Assembly (NCBI GenBank): GCA_036560705.1
Contig: DATBQR010000010.1
Coordinates: forward strand, 13,563 to 77,562
Direction: 5' to 3'
Length of the DNA: 64,000 bases
Source: Burkholderiales bacterium
Lineage (GTDB): Bacteria; Pseudomonadota; Gammaproteobacteria; Burkholderiales; SG8-39
The translations under genes and the position numbers were made by a program. Positions 1-9,701 of this stretch are shown here, piece by piece (within the stretch, counting starts at the first letter, position 1; every line of letters begins with the position of its first letter). The notes under the pieces are model-generated. The model ran no database searches, was not told the origin of the DNA, and saw nothing but the letters and a program-made list of their open reading frames with translations.

Positions 1-2
1 TT

Positions 3-869
3 TCGGTTGTTTTGAAATCGGACAAAAACCAAACCGCAAATGCGCTGGGAATCGCAGGAAGCATGGCTGGCGGGATCATCGAATACCTCGCCGAGGGCGC
101 CTGGACCAAGCGCCTGCACGCCGGCTGGGCGGCGCACGCCGGGCTGCATGCGGCGCGCATCGCGCGCGAGGGCTTCACCGGCCCGCGCACGGTATTCGAG
201 GGCGACCACGGGCTGTTTTTTGCTTTTGCAGGAGAAAACAAAGTTCGCTTCGAAGAACTTACGCAGGGCTTCGGCGATGAATGGCGCATGGAAGGCCTCA
301 CCTTCAAGCCCTATGCCACCGGCACCATGAACCAGCCCTACATTGACTGCGCGCTGCGTCTCGCGAAGCGCGGCTTTCGCGCCGAGGACGTGGCCGAGGT
401 GCTGTGCGAAACCGCCGAGGGCTACGTGCACCGGCTGTGGGAGCCGCTCGCCGGCAAGCAGCGCCCGGCCAACGACTACGCCGCCAAGTTCAGCACGCCG
501 TTCAACATCGCCGTCGCCTTCGTGACCGGCGGCGCGGGATTCGAGGCCTTCAGCGAACTCACGGTGCGCGACGAACGCATCCTCGGCCTGGCCGCCAGGG
601 TGCGCTACAAGGTGGACCCGGAGAATCCCTACCCGAAGCGCTACACGGGCCACGTTAAAATGACGCTCAAGGACGGGCGCGTGTTCGAGGAACGCCAGCC
701 GCACATCCGCGGCGGCGTGCACGAGCCGCTGCCGCGCGCGGAGATCGAGGGCAAGTTCCGCGGCAACGCCGCTTACGGCGGCTGGCCGGCGCCGCTCGCC
801 GACCGGTTTCTCGCTTTCGCCAAGGAGGCTTTCGATGGTCCGCTGGATCTGTCTGCTTTTCGCCGCTAG
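3..869 (+). CDS. MmgE/PrpD family protein (2-methylcitrate dehydratase-like), 5' end outside window
   Basis: Frame is open from base 3. Translation (..NALGIAGSMAGGIIEYLAEGAWTKRLHAGWAAHAGLHAARIAREGFTGP..) matches the C-terminal half of MmgE/PrpD proteins. Confidence 0.85.
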   Translation, partial: SVVLKSDKNQTANALGIAGSMAGGIIEYLAEGAWTKRLHAGWAAHAGLHAARIAREGFTGPRTVFEGDHGLFFAFAGENKVRFEELTQGFGDEWRMEGLTFKPYATGTMNQPYIDCALRLAKRGFRAEDVAEVLCETAEGYVHRLWEPLAGKQRPANDYAAKFSTPFNIAVAFVTGGAGFEAFSELTVRDERILGLAARVRYKVDPENPYPKRYTGHVKMTLKDGRVFEERQPHIRGGVHEPLPRAEIEGKFRGNAAYGGWPAPLADRFLAFAKEAFDGPLDLSAFRR

Positions 870-1815
870 TTTTTCCCTGGTCACGGCGCTCGCGCCGTCC
901 AATGCACGTGCACAAGCCTATCCCGCCAAGCCGGTGAAGATCATCGTGCCGGCGCAGCCGGGCGGCGGCCTGGACCTGATCGGCCGCACCGTCGCCGATC
1001 AATTGACCCGCGCGATGGACCAATCCTTCATCGTCGAGAACGTGTCGGGCGGCGGCGGCACCATCGCCTCGCAGGCGACGGCGCGCGCCGCGCCGGACGG
1101 CTACACGCTGATGGTCGGCTACGTGGGCACGCACGGCACCAATCCGGCGGTGCGCAAGGTTCCCTACGACGCGGTGCGCGACTTCACGCCGGTGGCCATG
1201 GTCGGCGGCACGCCGAACATCTTTGTCGTGATTCCGTCCCTGCCCGTGACGGACCTGAGGAGCTTCATCGACTTCGCGAAGAAGAACCCCGGCAAGCTGA
1301 GCTACGCCTCCGGCGGCATCGGCACGCTCAATCATCTCGTCATGGAGCAGTTCAAGGCGGCGGCCGGCTTCGACGCCCTCGTCGCGCACTACCGCGGCAT
1401 CGGTCCCGCGATCCAGGACATCCTCGCCCAGCAGAACATGATGATGATGCCCGGCCTCGCGGCGGCGCTGCCGCACATCAAGTCGCAGAAAATGCGGCCG
1501 ATCGCCATCACCGGCCTGAAGCGCCATCCGCTGGTGCCCGAGGTGCCCACCTTCGAGGAGTCCGGCTTCAAGGGCTTCGACGGCGTGCAGTGGTACGGCA
1601 TCGTCGGCCCGGCGAAACTGCCCGCCGAAATCACCCGGCGCCTGAACGCCGAGATCAACAAGGCGCTCGCCTCGCCGTCCCTGCAGGAGCGCCTCTCGGG
1701 CGAGGCGATCGAGCCGATGCCGATGACCCCGGAGCAGTTCGGCAAATTCATCCAGGCCGACATCGCGCGCTGGAGCGCACTCGCCCGCGAACGCAAGATA
1801 TCGCTGGACGACTGA
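835..1815 (+). CDS. Bug/TctC-family tripartite tricarboxylate transporter substrate-binding protein
   Basis: 326 aa. Signal peptide MVRWICLLFAASFSLVTALAPSNARA, then AYPAKPVKIIVP.QPGGGLD, the hallmark Bug-family N-terminus. The ATG overlaps the upstream gene by 35 nt. Confidence 0.9.
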   Translation: MVRWICLLFAASFSLVTALAPSNARAQAYPAKPVKIIVPAQPGGGLDLIGRTVADQLTRAMDQSFIVENVSGGGGTIASQATARAAPDGYTLMVGYVGTHGTNPAVRKVPYDAVRDFTPVAMVGGTPNIFVVIPSLPVTDLRSFIDFAKKNPGKLSYASGGIGTLNHLVMEQFKAAAGFDALVAHYRGIGPAIQDILAQQNMMMMPGLAAALPHIKSQKMRPIAITGLKRHPLVPEVPTFEESGFKGFDGVQWYGIVGPAKLPAEITRRLNAEINKALASPSLQERLSGEAIEPMPMTPEQFGKFIQADIARWSALARERKISLDD

Positions 1816-1831
1816 CCACACCAGAACCGGC

Positions 1832-2287
1832 ATGGCTTCTCCCTCCAGCATCGGCGACATCGCGCACGTCATCCAGCTCGCCATCGCGCCGGTGTTCCTG
1901 CTCACCGGCGTCGGCACCATCCTGGCGGTGCTGAGCAACCGCCTGGGGCGGGCGGTCGACCGCAGCCGCGTGGTGGAAAACCTGCTGCCCGGCCTCGCCG
2001 GCGATGTGCTCGCCCTCGCGCAGGATGAGCTCGCCCTGCTTTCGCGCCGCACCCAGCTCATCTACACCTCGATCGTCCTTGCGGTGGGCTGCGCGCTGTT
2101 CGTCTGCCTGCTGATCGCGGTCGCCTTCATCGACGCCTTCCTGGCGGTGAACCTCGCCCAGACGCTCGGTGCCCTGTTCGTGCTGGCGATGCTCGCGCTG
2201 ATCGCCTGCCTGGTCATATTCCTGCGCGAGATTTTCCTCGCCGTCACCAGCGCGCGCCGCGCGATGCGGCAACGGGCCGCAACCTGA
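1832..2287 (+). CDS. DUF2721-like small membrane protein
   Basis: 151 aa with hydrophobic helices. IAHVIQLAIAPVFLLTGVGTILAVLSNRLGR resembles DUF2721. Confidence 0.7.
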   Translation: MASPSSIGDIAHVIQLAIAPVFLLTGVGTILAVLSNRLGRAVDRSRVVENLLPGLAGDVLALAQDELALLSRRTQLIYTSIVLAVGCALFVCLLIAVAFIDAFLAVNLAQTLGALFVLAMLALIACLVIFLREIFLAVTSARRAMRQRAAT

Positions 2288-2344
2288 GAGAGGGAGCATG
2301 CGCGCGGAAAACGTCGGGCATAATGTTTTCTTTGGGAGCGGTTC

Positions 2345-3487
2345 ATGAAACGCATCGCACTGGCATCTGCGTTCACATTCGCCGTCGTCGCCGCGCCCGC
2401 GGCGGCGCAGCTCGCGGTATCGGCGAACGACAACAAGCAGATCAACGTCGCCGGCGTCGGCTCCGTCGTGCCGAACGCGGCGCCCGACACCGTGTCGGTC
2501 ATCGACATGGGCGTATTTCCGCCGCGCCTCGTCGGCGAGGTGCAGGCGCCGGCCAGCGTGGTCGGGCCGCCGACCTCGGTGGCGGTCGCCCCGGACGAAT
2601 CCTTCGCCCTCGTGAGTTCGGCGACGAAGAAGGATCCCGCCAACCCGGCGAAAGTGGTCGATGACAACCGCCTTTCGGTGATCGACCTGAAGGCGTTGAA
2701 AGTCGTGCAGACGCTGGAGGCCGGCGCCGGCGCGGCGGGCGTCACCATCAACGCCTCGGCCACGCTCGCGCTGGTGGCGAACCGCAACGAAGGCACGGTG
2801 TCGGTGTTCACCATCAAGGGCATGACGCTCGCGCCGGCCGGCAAGGTCGCGCTCGGCGGCAAGGATTCGGGTCCGAGCACCGTCAAGTTCATCGGCGACG
2901 GCAAGCGGGCGCTGGTCACGCGCGACGGCGACAGCACGCTCACGATCCTCGCAGTGGCCGGCCAGAAGGTGAGCGCCACCGGCCGCAATTTCTTCGCCGG
3001 CATCCGCCCCTACGGCGCCGATGTCACGCCCGACGGCCGCTATGCCGTGGTAGCGAACGTCGGCCGCGGCCAGGGCGACGCCGACACCGCCAGCCTGATC
3101 GACCTCTCCATGAACCCGCCGCGCACGGTGGACACCATTACCGTCGGCCCGACGCCCGAGGGCATCAGGATCTCGCCCAACGGCAAATACGCCGCGCTGG
3201 TGGTGCACAACGGCTCGGCCTATTCGCCTTCTTCGCCCTTCTACAACGCCTTCGGCAAGGTCGTGCTGCTCGGCATCAACAGCGGGCGGCTGGTGAAATT
3301 GTCCGAAGAGCGCGTCGGCCGCTGGTCGCAGGGCGCGGCATTCTCGGCGGACTCGAGCACGCTGCTGGTGCAGAACATGGTGGAGAAGGACATACAGGTA
3401 TTCAAGATCGAGCTCGATCAGCTGCGCGACACCTGGCACCGCATCAAGCTCTCGGGCGGCGGCGCCGCCCTCGGAACCGCTCACTGA
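2345..3487 (+). CDS. secreted beta-propeller repeat protein (YVTN/lactonase-like)
   Basis: 380 aa. N-terminal signal peptide (..FAVVAAPAAAQ). Recurrent short strands with DG/NG turns (VAPDESFALV, VTPDGRYAVVAN, ISPNGKYAALV) typical of 7-bladed propellers. Confidence 0.7.
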   Translation: MKRIALASAFTFAVVAAPAAAQLAVSANDNKQINVAGVGSVVPNAAPDTVSVIDMGVFPPRLVGEVQAPASVVGPPTSVAVAPDESFALVSSATKKDPANPAKVVDDNRLSVIDLKALKVVQTLEAGAGAAGVTINASATLALVANRNEGTVSVFTIKGMTLAPAGKVALGGKDSGPSTVKFIGDGKRALVTRDGDSTLTILAVAGQKVSATGRNFFAGIRPYGADVTPDGRYAVVANVGRGQGDADTASLIDLSMNPPRTVDTITVGPTPEGIRISPNGKYAALVVHNGSAYSPSSPFYNAFGKVVLLGINSGRLVKLSEERVGRWSQGAAFSADSSTLLVQNMVEKDIQVFKIELDQLRDTWHRIKLSGGGAALGTAH

Positions 3488-3503
3488 TCCCGGAGGAACC
3501 GCG

Positions 3504-4433
3504 ATGAAGCCGGCCGCAGGATTGAAACGCATCGAGGGCGTGCTCTCGCCCGTCGTCACACCGTTCAAGCGCGACCTCTCGCCCGACGCGGGCCGCTTCG
3601 TCAAGCACTGCCGCTGGCTGATGAAGAGCGGCTGCGCCGGTCTCGCCGTGTTCGGCACCAACAGCGAGGCGAACTCGATGTCGGTGGAGGAAAAACTCGA
3701 GCTGCTGGACGCGCTGGTAAAGGGCGGCGTGCCCGCCTCCGCGCTGATGCCCGGCACCGGCCACTGCGCGCTGAGCGATTCGGTGAAGATGACGCGCGAG
3801 GCGGTGCGCCTGGGCTGCGGCGGCGTGCTGATGCTGCCGCCGTTCTATTACAAGGGCGTCTCCGACGAAGGCCTGTTCCGGAATTTTTCCGAGATCATCG
3901 AGCGCGTCGGCGACGAGCGGCTGCGCCTGTACCTCTATCACATCCCCCCGGTGTCGAACGTCGCCATCACGCTCGACCTCATCGAGCGCCTGCTCACGCG
4001 CTATCCCGGCATCGTCGCCGGCGCGAAGGATTCCTCCGGCGACTGGAACAACACCAAGGCGATGCTGGACCGCTTCAAGGACCGCGGCTTCGACGTGTTC
4101 CCGGGCAGCGAGGTGTTCCTGCTCGACGGCCTGCGCGCGGGCGGCAAGGGCTGCATCACCGCCACCGGCAACGTCAATCCCGGACCGATCTCGGAAGTGT
4201 TCAAGAACTGGCGCTCCACCGACGCGGACAAGCTGCAGGCCGGCATCACCGCCACGCGCAAGATCATGCAGAAGGTGCCGATGATCCCGGCGCTGAAGGC
4301 CGTCACCGCGCACTTCGGCAACGACCCGGAGTGGCGCACCGTGCGCCCGCCTCTGACCGAGCTGACCGCGGACCAGGAAAAGCAGGTCGTCACCGAGCTG
4401 AAAGCCGCCGACTTTTCCATGCCGGGGCTGTAG
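3504..4433 (+). CDS. dihydrodipicolinate synthase/N-acetylneuraminate lyase family aldolase
   Basis: 309 aa. GGAGGA RBS upstream. GVLSPVVTPF, GLAVFGTNSE, PPFYYK and GAKDSSGD (Schiff-base Lys context) blocks of the DapA family. Confidence 0.88.
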   Translation: MKPAAGLKRIEGVLSPVVTPFKRDLSPDAGRFVKHCRWLMKSGCAGLAVFGTNSEANSMSVEEKLELLDALVKGGVPASALMPGTGHCALSDSVKMTREAVRLGCGGVLMLPPFYYKGVSDEGLFRNFSEIIERVGDERLRLYLYHIPPVSNVAITLDLIERLLTRYPGIVAGAKDSSGDWNNTKAMLDRFKDRGFDVFPGSEVFLLDGLRAGGKGCITATGNVNPGPISEVFKNWRSTDADKLQAGITATRKIMQKVPMIPALKAVTAHFGNDPEWRTVRPPLTELTADQEKQVVTELKAADFSMPGL

Positions 4434-4436
4434 TCC

Positions 4437-5120
4437 GTGCCCACCGCGCTCGTCACCGGCGCCGGCCGCGGTATCGGCCTCGCTACCGCGCGCGCCTTTC
4501 GCGGCGAGGGATGGAAAGTTCTCGGGCTCGACAGGGATTTCTCGGGTTGCGACGAGAAAGGGTTCGAGCGCATCGAATTCGACCTGCGAAATCTTTCCGG
4601 GATCAAGGATCTCGCAAAACATGAAATTCATACCCTGGTGAATAACGCCGGGGTTCTCTTCTGCGACCCCTACGACGCCATTCCGGAAGAGCACAAGCGT
4701 GAAGTGCTCACGGTGAATCTCGAGGCGCCGGCCAAATTGATCGAATCAGTTTCAGTGCAAATGAAAAAACGTAAATCAGGCCGCATCGTGAACGTGGGTT
4801 CGGTGGCGGCTTTCACCGGCCACCCCGACCTCTGGTACGGCATCACCAAGGCCGGGATCCTCAATCTCACCAAGGCCTGGGCGAAAGAACTCGGACCGCA
4901 CGGCGTGCTGGTCAACGCGGTGGCGCCGGGTCCCACGCAGACCGCGATGTACGACCAGCTGCCGCAGTCGCGCAAGGACGGCGTGATGAAGTCGGTTTAT
5001 TCCGGACGCGTCTGCCGGCCCGAGGAGGTCGCCGCTGCGATCCTGTGGCTCGGCAGCGCTTGCCCCGAGTACGTGAACGGGACTACGCTGGACGTCAACA
5101 ACGGATCCTATCCCCGATGA
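4437..5120 (+). CDS. SDR family oxidoreductase
   Basis: 227 aa, GTG start. TGAGRGIG cofactor loop and YGITKAG (YxxxK). The TGA overlaps the next ATG (ATGA at 5117-5120). Confidence 0.85.
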   Translation: MPTALVTGAGRGIGLATARAFRGEGWKVLGLDRDFSGCDEKGFERIEFDLRNLSGIKDLAKHEIHTLVNNAGVLFCDPYDAIPEEHKREVLTVNLEAPAKLIESVSVQMKKRKSGRIVNVGSVAAFTGHPDLWYGITKAGILNLTKAWAKELGPHGVLVNAVAPGPTQTAMYDQLPQSRKDGVMKSVYSGRVCRPEEVAAAILWLGSACPEYVNGTTLDVNNGSYPR

Positions 5121-6490
5121 CCGCGCGCACCCTGTTCGACAAGATCTGGGACCAGCACGTCGTGGAGGAACTCGGCGACGGCGTGCAGCTGCTGCACGTC
5201 GACCGCCACCTGATGCACGAACTCTCCGGCCAGCGCGGCCAGCTCGAGATGAACAAGCGCGGCATGAGGATGCGCAACCCGGAACTCACCGTCGGCTCGA
5301 TGGACCACGTGGTCTCCACCACGCCGGGCGCGAAGGGCGGCAACGCCCCCTGGGCCGACAAGATGATCGAAACCTTCCGCGCCGAGAGCAAGCGCGCCGG
5401 CGTGAAGGTCTACGACATCGGCGAGGACGGCCAGGGCATCGTGCACGTGGTCGGGCCGGAACTGGGCTTCACGCTGCCGGGCGTGCTGCTGCTCTGCGGC
5501 GACAGCCACACCTGCACGCACGGCGCGCTGGGCGCGCTCGCCTGGGGCATCGGCACCAGCGAGCTCGTCCACGTGCTGGCGACGCAGACCATCGTGCAGC
5601 AGAAGCCGAAGACGATGCGCGTGGATTTCCTCGGCCAGCCGGCGCGCGGCATCGCCGCCAAGGACCTGATCCTCGCGCTGATCGGCAAGATCGGCACCGC
5701 CGGCGGCATGGGCTACGCGGTGGAGTACGCGGGCGAAGCGATCCGCAACCTCGACATGGAAGGCCGCATGACGGTGTGCAACCTGTCCATCGAGCTGGGC
5801 GCCAAGGTCGGCATGGTCGCGCCCGACCAGAAAACCTACGATTTTCTCGAAGGCCGGCGCCATGCGCCCAAGGGCACACTGTGGGCGCGGGCAATGGAGC
5901 ACTGGAAAACGCTGTCCAGCGATCCCGCCGCGGAATTCGACAAGGAGCACGTGCTGGACTGCTCTGCGCTCGCGCCGCAGATCACCTGGGGCACCAGCCC
6001 GGAGGACGTGATCGGCGTGGACGGCAGGATTCCCGGCAACAAGCCCGAGGCGCTCGCCTACATGGGCCTCGCGGAAGGCAAGCCGATCGCCGGAACGAGA
6101 ATCGACCGCGTGTTCATCGGCTCCTGCACCAACTCCAGGCTGCCCGACCTGCGCGCCGCCGCCGAAATCGCGCGCGGGCGCAAGGCGGCGAAGCACGTGA
6201 AAGCCTGGGTGGTGCCCGGCTCCTGGCGCGTCAAGCAGGACGCGGAAGCCGAGGGCCTGCACCAGGTGTTCCTCGACGCCGGCTTCGAGTGGCGCGAGGC
6301 CGGCTGCTCGATGTGCGTGGCGGCCAACGGCGAGGTGGTCGAGCCGCAGGCGCGCTGCGTCTCTACTTCCAACCGCAACTTCGTCGGCCGCCAGGGCCCG
6401 CAGGCGCGCACCCACCTCGCCAGCCCGGCGATGGCCGCCGCGGCCGCCATTGCGGGAGAAATTACGGATGTAAGGGATTTTTCCACGTGA
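5117..6490 (+). CDS. leuC: 3-isopropylmalate dehydratase large subunit family (LeuC-type aconitase-fold hydro-lyase)
   Basis: 457 aa from ATG 5117 (track ORF 5045 trimmed). DRHLMHE, MDHVVST, CGDSHTCTHGA, GSCTNSR and GCSMC Fe-S/substrate motifs. The genomic context suggests a catabolic paralog rather than leucine biosynthesis. Confidence 0.88.
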   Translation: MTARTLFDKIWDQHVVEELGDGVQLLHVDRHLMHELSGQRGQLEMNKRGMRMRNPELTVGSMDHVVSTTPGAKGGNAPWADKMIETFRAESKRAGVKVYDIGEDGQGIVHVVGPELGFTLPGVLLLCGDSHTCTHGALGALAWGIGTSELVHVLATQTIVQQKPKTMRVDFLGQPARGIAAKDLILALIGKIGTAGGMGYAVEYAGEAIRNLDMEGRMTVCNLSIELGAKVGMVAPDQKTYDFLEGRRHAPKGTLWARAMEHWKTLSSDPAAEFDKEHVLDCSALAPQITWGTSPEDVIGVDGRIPGNKPEALAYMGLAEGKPIAGTRIDRVFIGSCTNSRLPDLRAAAEIARGRKAAKHVKAWVVPGSWRVKQDAEAEGLHQVFLDAGFEWREAGCSMCVAANGEVVEPQARCVSTSNRNFVGRQGPQARTHLASPAMAAAAAIAGEITDVRDFST

Positions 6491-7080
6491 ACAAGTTCAC
6501 AACCCTCACCGCCGTCGCCGCGCCCTTCCCGCAGAAGAACGTCGACACCGACCTGATCATCCGCATCGAGCGCTGCACCGGCACGCCGCGCGAGGAAGTC
6601 GGCCGCTACGCGTTCGAAATGGTGCGCTTCCTGCCCGGCGGCGCGGAGAACCCGGCGTTCGTGCTGAACCAGCCGCGCTATCGCGGCGCGCAGATCCTGG
6701 TCTGCGGCGAATTCTTCGGCACCGGCAGCTCGCGCGAGATGGCCGTCTGGGCGCTCGCCGGCATGGGCATCCGCTGCGTCATCGCGCCCTCCTTCGGCCA
6801 GATCTTCTTCGGCAACTGCTTCCAGAATGGATTGCTTCCCATTATTTTGGGCCTCTCCGAAATGCGGGAATTGATGGCTGAGGCCGAAAAAGGTGCGGAA
6901 TTCAAGATCGACCTGGAAAAACAGCAGATCAACGACAGAGTTCGATTCGACGTTTCCCCGCGCCGCAAGAAAATGCTGCTCGAAGGCCTCGATGAAGTCG
7001 GGCTGACGCTGGCGCTGGAGCCGAAGATCGCCGCCTTCCAGGCCGCCGACCGCAAGCGCCGGCCGTGGATCTACCCCTAG
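6487..7080 (+). CDS. leuD: 3-isopropylmalate dehydratase small subunit family (LeuD-type)
   Basis: 197 aa from GTG 6487 (GTGA overlap with the large-subunit stop). FGTGSSREMAVWAL and APSFGQIFFGNCFQNGLLPI blocks. Confidence 0.85.
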   Translation: MNKFTTLTAVAAPFPQKNVDTDLIIRIERCTGTPREEVGRYAFEMVRFLPGGAENPAFVLNQPRYRGAQILVCGEFFGTGSSREMAVWALAGMGIRCVIAPSFGQIFFGNCFQNGLLPIILGLSEMRELMAEAEKGAEFKIDLEKQQINDRVRFDVSPRRKKMLLEGLDEVGLTLALEPKIAAFQAADRKRRPWIYP

Positions 7081-7092
7081 CCGCCGGATTCC

Positions 7093-8286
7093 GTGAAATC
7101 GCCGCTGGAAGACGTGAAGGTGCTCGACCTGAGCCACGCGCTGGCCGGGCCTTTCTGCTCGACCATGCTGGCCGACTACGGCGCGCAGGTGATCAAGATC
7201 GAGCCGCCGGGGCCGGGCGACATCGCGCGCGCCTGGGGCTCGCCGATGCCGGGCGGCGAGACCGCGTATTTCGTCAGCCTGCACCGCAACAAGAAGGGGA
7301 TCGTGATCGATCTCAAGCGCCCCGAAGGCAAGGAGCTGTTCCTGCGCATGGTCGAGCGCTGCGACGTGGTGCTGGAGAACTACCGGGTCGGCACGCTGGC
7401 CAAGCTCGGCATCGACTACGACGCGGCGCGCAAGCGCAACCCCGGCATCATCTACTGCTCGATTTCCGGCTTCGGCCACGACGGCCCCTACCGCGAGCGC
7501 GCTGCGCTGGACCTCATCCTGCAGGCCGAGAGCGGCATGATCAGCGTCACCGGGGAGGAAGGCTCGGCGGGCGCGCGCGCCGGCGTCTCGATCGCCGACC
7601 TGACCGCCGGCATGAACGCGGCCTACGGCATCCTGCTCGCGCTGCGGGTGAAGGAACGCACCGGGCAGGGCCAGGCGATCGACGTCTCGATGCTGGAAGG
7701 CCAGCTTTCGCTGCTCGGCACGATGATCGGCAGCTACCTGGTGAGCGGCGAGGTGCCCGCGCCCATGGGCACGGCCTACAAAGCGCTGCTGCCCTACCAG
7801 ACGTTCCGCACGAAAACGCGCGACCTCGCGCTCGCCGTCGGCAGCGAGAAGCTGTGGAAGATTTTCTGCCCGGCGATCGGCTGCCCCGGGCTCACCGCCG
7901 ACCCGCGCTACCGCAGCAACGCGGCGCGCGAGGCCAACCGCGCGGGCCTGGTAGCGAAGCTGCAGGAGGTGTTTCTCACGCGCAGCTACGAGGAATGGGA
8001 AGCGCTGCTGGTGGCGAAGGGCATCCCGGTCGGCACCGTCAACACGCTCGCCGAAGTCGTCGAGCATCCGCAAGTAAAGGCGCGCGGCTCGCTCGTGGAG
8101 ATGGACCATCCCAGCGTGGGCAAGGTGCGGGTGGTGGGCGTGCCGATGCGCCTGTCGTCGACTCCCGGCTCGGTGCGCACGCCCTCGCCGAGGCTCGGCC
8201 AGCATACCGACGAGGTGCTGCGCGAGCTGCTGGGCCTGGGGAAGGCCGAACTCGCCGGCCTGCGCGCCAGCCGGGCGATCGAATGA
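7093..8286 (+). CDS. family III (CaiB/BaiF) CoA-transferase
   Basis: 397 aa, GTG start. VLDLSHALAGPFCSTMLADYGAQVIKIEPP and GVSIADLTAG blocks characteristic of family III CoA-transferases. Confidence 0.88.
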   Translation: MKSPLEDVKVLDLSHALAGPFCSTMLADYGAQVIKIEPPGPGDIARAWGSPMPGGETAYFVSLHRNKKGIVIDLKRPEGKELFLRMVERCDVVLENYRVGTLAKLGIDYDAARKRNPGIIYCSISGFGHDGPYRERAALDLILQAESGMISVTGEEGSAGARAGVSIADLTAGMNAAYGILLALRVKERTGQGQAIDVSMLEGQLSLLGTMIGSYLVSGEVPAPMGTAYKALLPYQTFRTKTRDLALAVGSEKLWKIFCPAIGCPGLTADPRYRSNAAREANRAGLVAKLQEVFLTRSYEEWEALLVAKGIPVGTVNTLAEVVEHPQVKARGSLVEMDHPSVGKVRVVGVPMRLSSTPGSVRTPSPRLGQHTDEVLRELLGLGKAELAGLRASRAIE

Positions 8287-8317
8287 TCCGCCGGCGGCGG
8301 CGAGCAAGGAGGACCCG

Positions 8318-9202
8318 ATGACTATCACGCTCTTTCCGGTAACGCCGCGTTTCGCCGCCGAGGTCGGCGACATCGACCTGCGCAAGCCGCTCGACGCGGA
8401 CACGCTGCAGGCGGTGCGCGAAGCTTTCGCCGCCTATGCCGTGCTCGCCTTCCCGGCGCAGGACCTGACCGTGGAGCAGCACCTGGCCTTCGCGGCGAAC
8501 TTCGGGCCACTGGAAGTGACGGTGCAGCGCGCCCTGCGCAACGAGAAGCTGCGCGTGCGCGAGGAAATCGCCGACATCGCCAACCTCGATGCCGGGGGCC
8601 GGCTGTGGAAGAAGGATTCGCGCATCCGCCTGTTCCAGATGGGCAACCGCCTGTGGCACACCGACAGCTCCTTCAAGGCGCCGAGCGGCTACGCCTCGCT
8701 GCTGTACGCGCGCTCGGTGGCGCCGATCGGCGGCCATACCGAGTATGCCGACATGCGCGCGGCCTACGACGCGCTGCCCGAAGCACTGAAGAAGCGCCTG
8801 CAGGGGCTGATCGCGGAGCACTCGCTCATCTACTCGCGCCGCAAGCTCGGTTTCACCAGCTTTACGCCGGAGGAACGGGCGGCGTTCGCGCCCGTTCACC
8901 GGCCGCTGGTGCGGCGTATCCCGGAGTCGGACCGCCTCTCGTTATATGTAGCGTCGCACGTCGGCCGCATCGGCGGCCTGCCGGACGCTGAAGCCGAGGC
9001 GCTCGTCGCCGAGCTGATCGGGCACGCCTCGCAGCGCCAGTTCGTCTACACGCACCGCTGGCGCGCGGGGGACCTCGTCATGTGGGACAACCGCTGCACC
9101 ATGCACCGCGGCACCGAGTACGAGGACACGCGCTGGCCGCGCGACCTGCAGCGCGCCACCACCTCGGACCGGATCGACGCCTTCGGCGCCGTCGCAGAGT
9201 GA
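8318..9202 (+). CDS. TauD/TfdA family Fe(II)/2-oxoglutarate-dependent dioxygenase
   Basis: 294 aa. AAGGAGGA RBS. LWHTDSSF (HxD iron dyad) and the C-terminal ..WDNRCTMHRG.. block. Confidence 0.85.
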   Translation: MTITLFPVTPRFAAEVGDIDLRKPLDADTLQAVREAFAAYAVLAFPAQDLTVEQHLAFAANFGPLEVTVQRALRNEKLRVREEIADIANLDAGGRLWKKDSRIRLFQMGNRLWHTDSSFKAPSGYASLLYARSVAPIGGHTEYADMRAAYDALPEALKKRLQGLIAEHSLIYSRRKLGFTSFTPEERAAFAPVHRPLVRRIPESDRLSLYVASHVGRIGGLPDAEAEALVAELIGHASQRQFVYTHRWRAGDLVMWDNRCTMHRGTEYEDTRWPRDLQRATTSDRIDAFGAVAE

Positions 9203-9209
9203 CGCCCGC

Positions 9210-9701
9210 CTACTTGACCCGGTAGATCTCTTCCGGGAAAGCGCCGCGCGATACCTCGACGCTGGCGCGCTTCTTTTCCAGCTGCGCGACGAGTATCGCG
9301 CGGTCGGCGCCCTTCTCCCAGCGCACCTTGAACACCTTGCGGTCCGGCTTGTCCTTCTTCGAGATGACCTCGGTGGCCTCGGCGAGCGGCGCGCCCCAGG
9401 TCGACTTGAGATGCGCCGTCGCGCGATCGAGCTCCTTGATGTCGAAGCTGAGGTCGTAGGCGCGGATCACGTCGGCCTTCAGGAACACCGTGATCCTCGC
9501 CTGCACGCCGCCGAGCGAGATTTGAGCGTCGTCGCAGCGGCGGTCGGCACCGTCGGATTTCCATTCGAGCGGCTTGCAGTGCGCGCTCGGGAACGCCTTC
9601 TTGACGTCCACCTCCTTGCCGCCGAGGTTGACGCCGTTGACGCCGTAGCCGAGCGCCGGCAGCGACAGGCAAAGCAGGAAAGCGAGCAGGATTTTCCTCA
9701 T
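9210..9701 (-). CDS. hypothetical secreted protein (no family recognised)
   Basis: 163 aa from ATG 9701 (track ORF trimmed). Signal peptide MRKILLAFLLCLSLPALGYG. Two Cys residues 16 positions apart (HCKPLEWKSDGADRRCDD). ATGA overlap with the tag stop. Confidence 0.55.
   Translation of the reverse strand: MRKILLAFLLCLSLPALGYGVNGVNLGGKEVDVKKAFPSAHCKPLEWKSDGADRRCDDAQISLGGVQARITVFLKADVIRAYDLSFDIKELDRATAHLKSTWGAPLAEATEVISKKDKPDRKVFKVRWEKGADRAILVAQLEKKRASVEVSRGAFPEEIYRVK

Noticed and set aside
5117-7080. Reading the LeuC/LeuD pair as the leucine-biosynthesis operon.
   Set aside because: No leuA or leuB is adjacent. The pair is overlap-coupled to an SDR and followed by a CoA-transferase and a dioxygenase, so a catabolic hydro-lyase paralog is more likely. 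The family-level call is retained.
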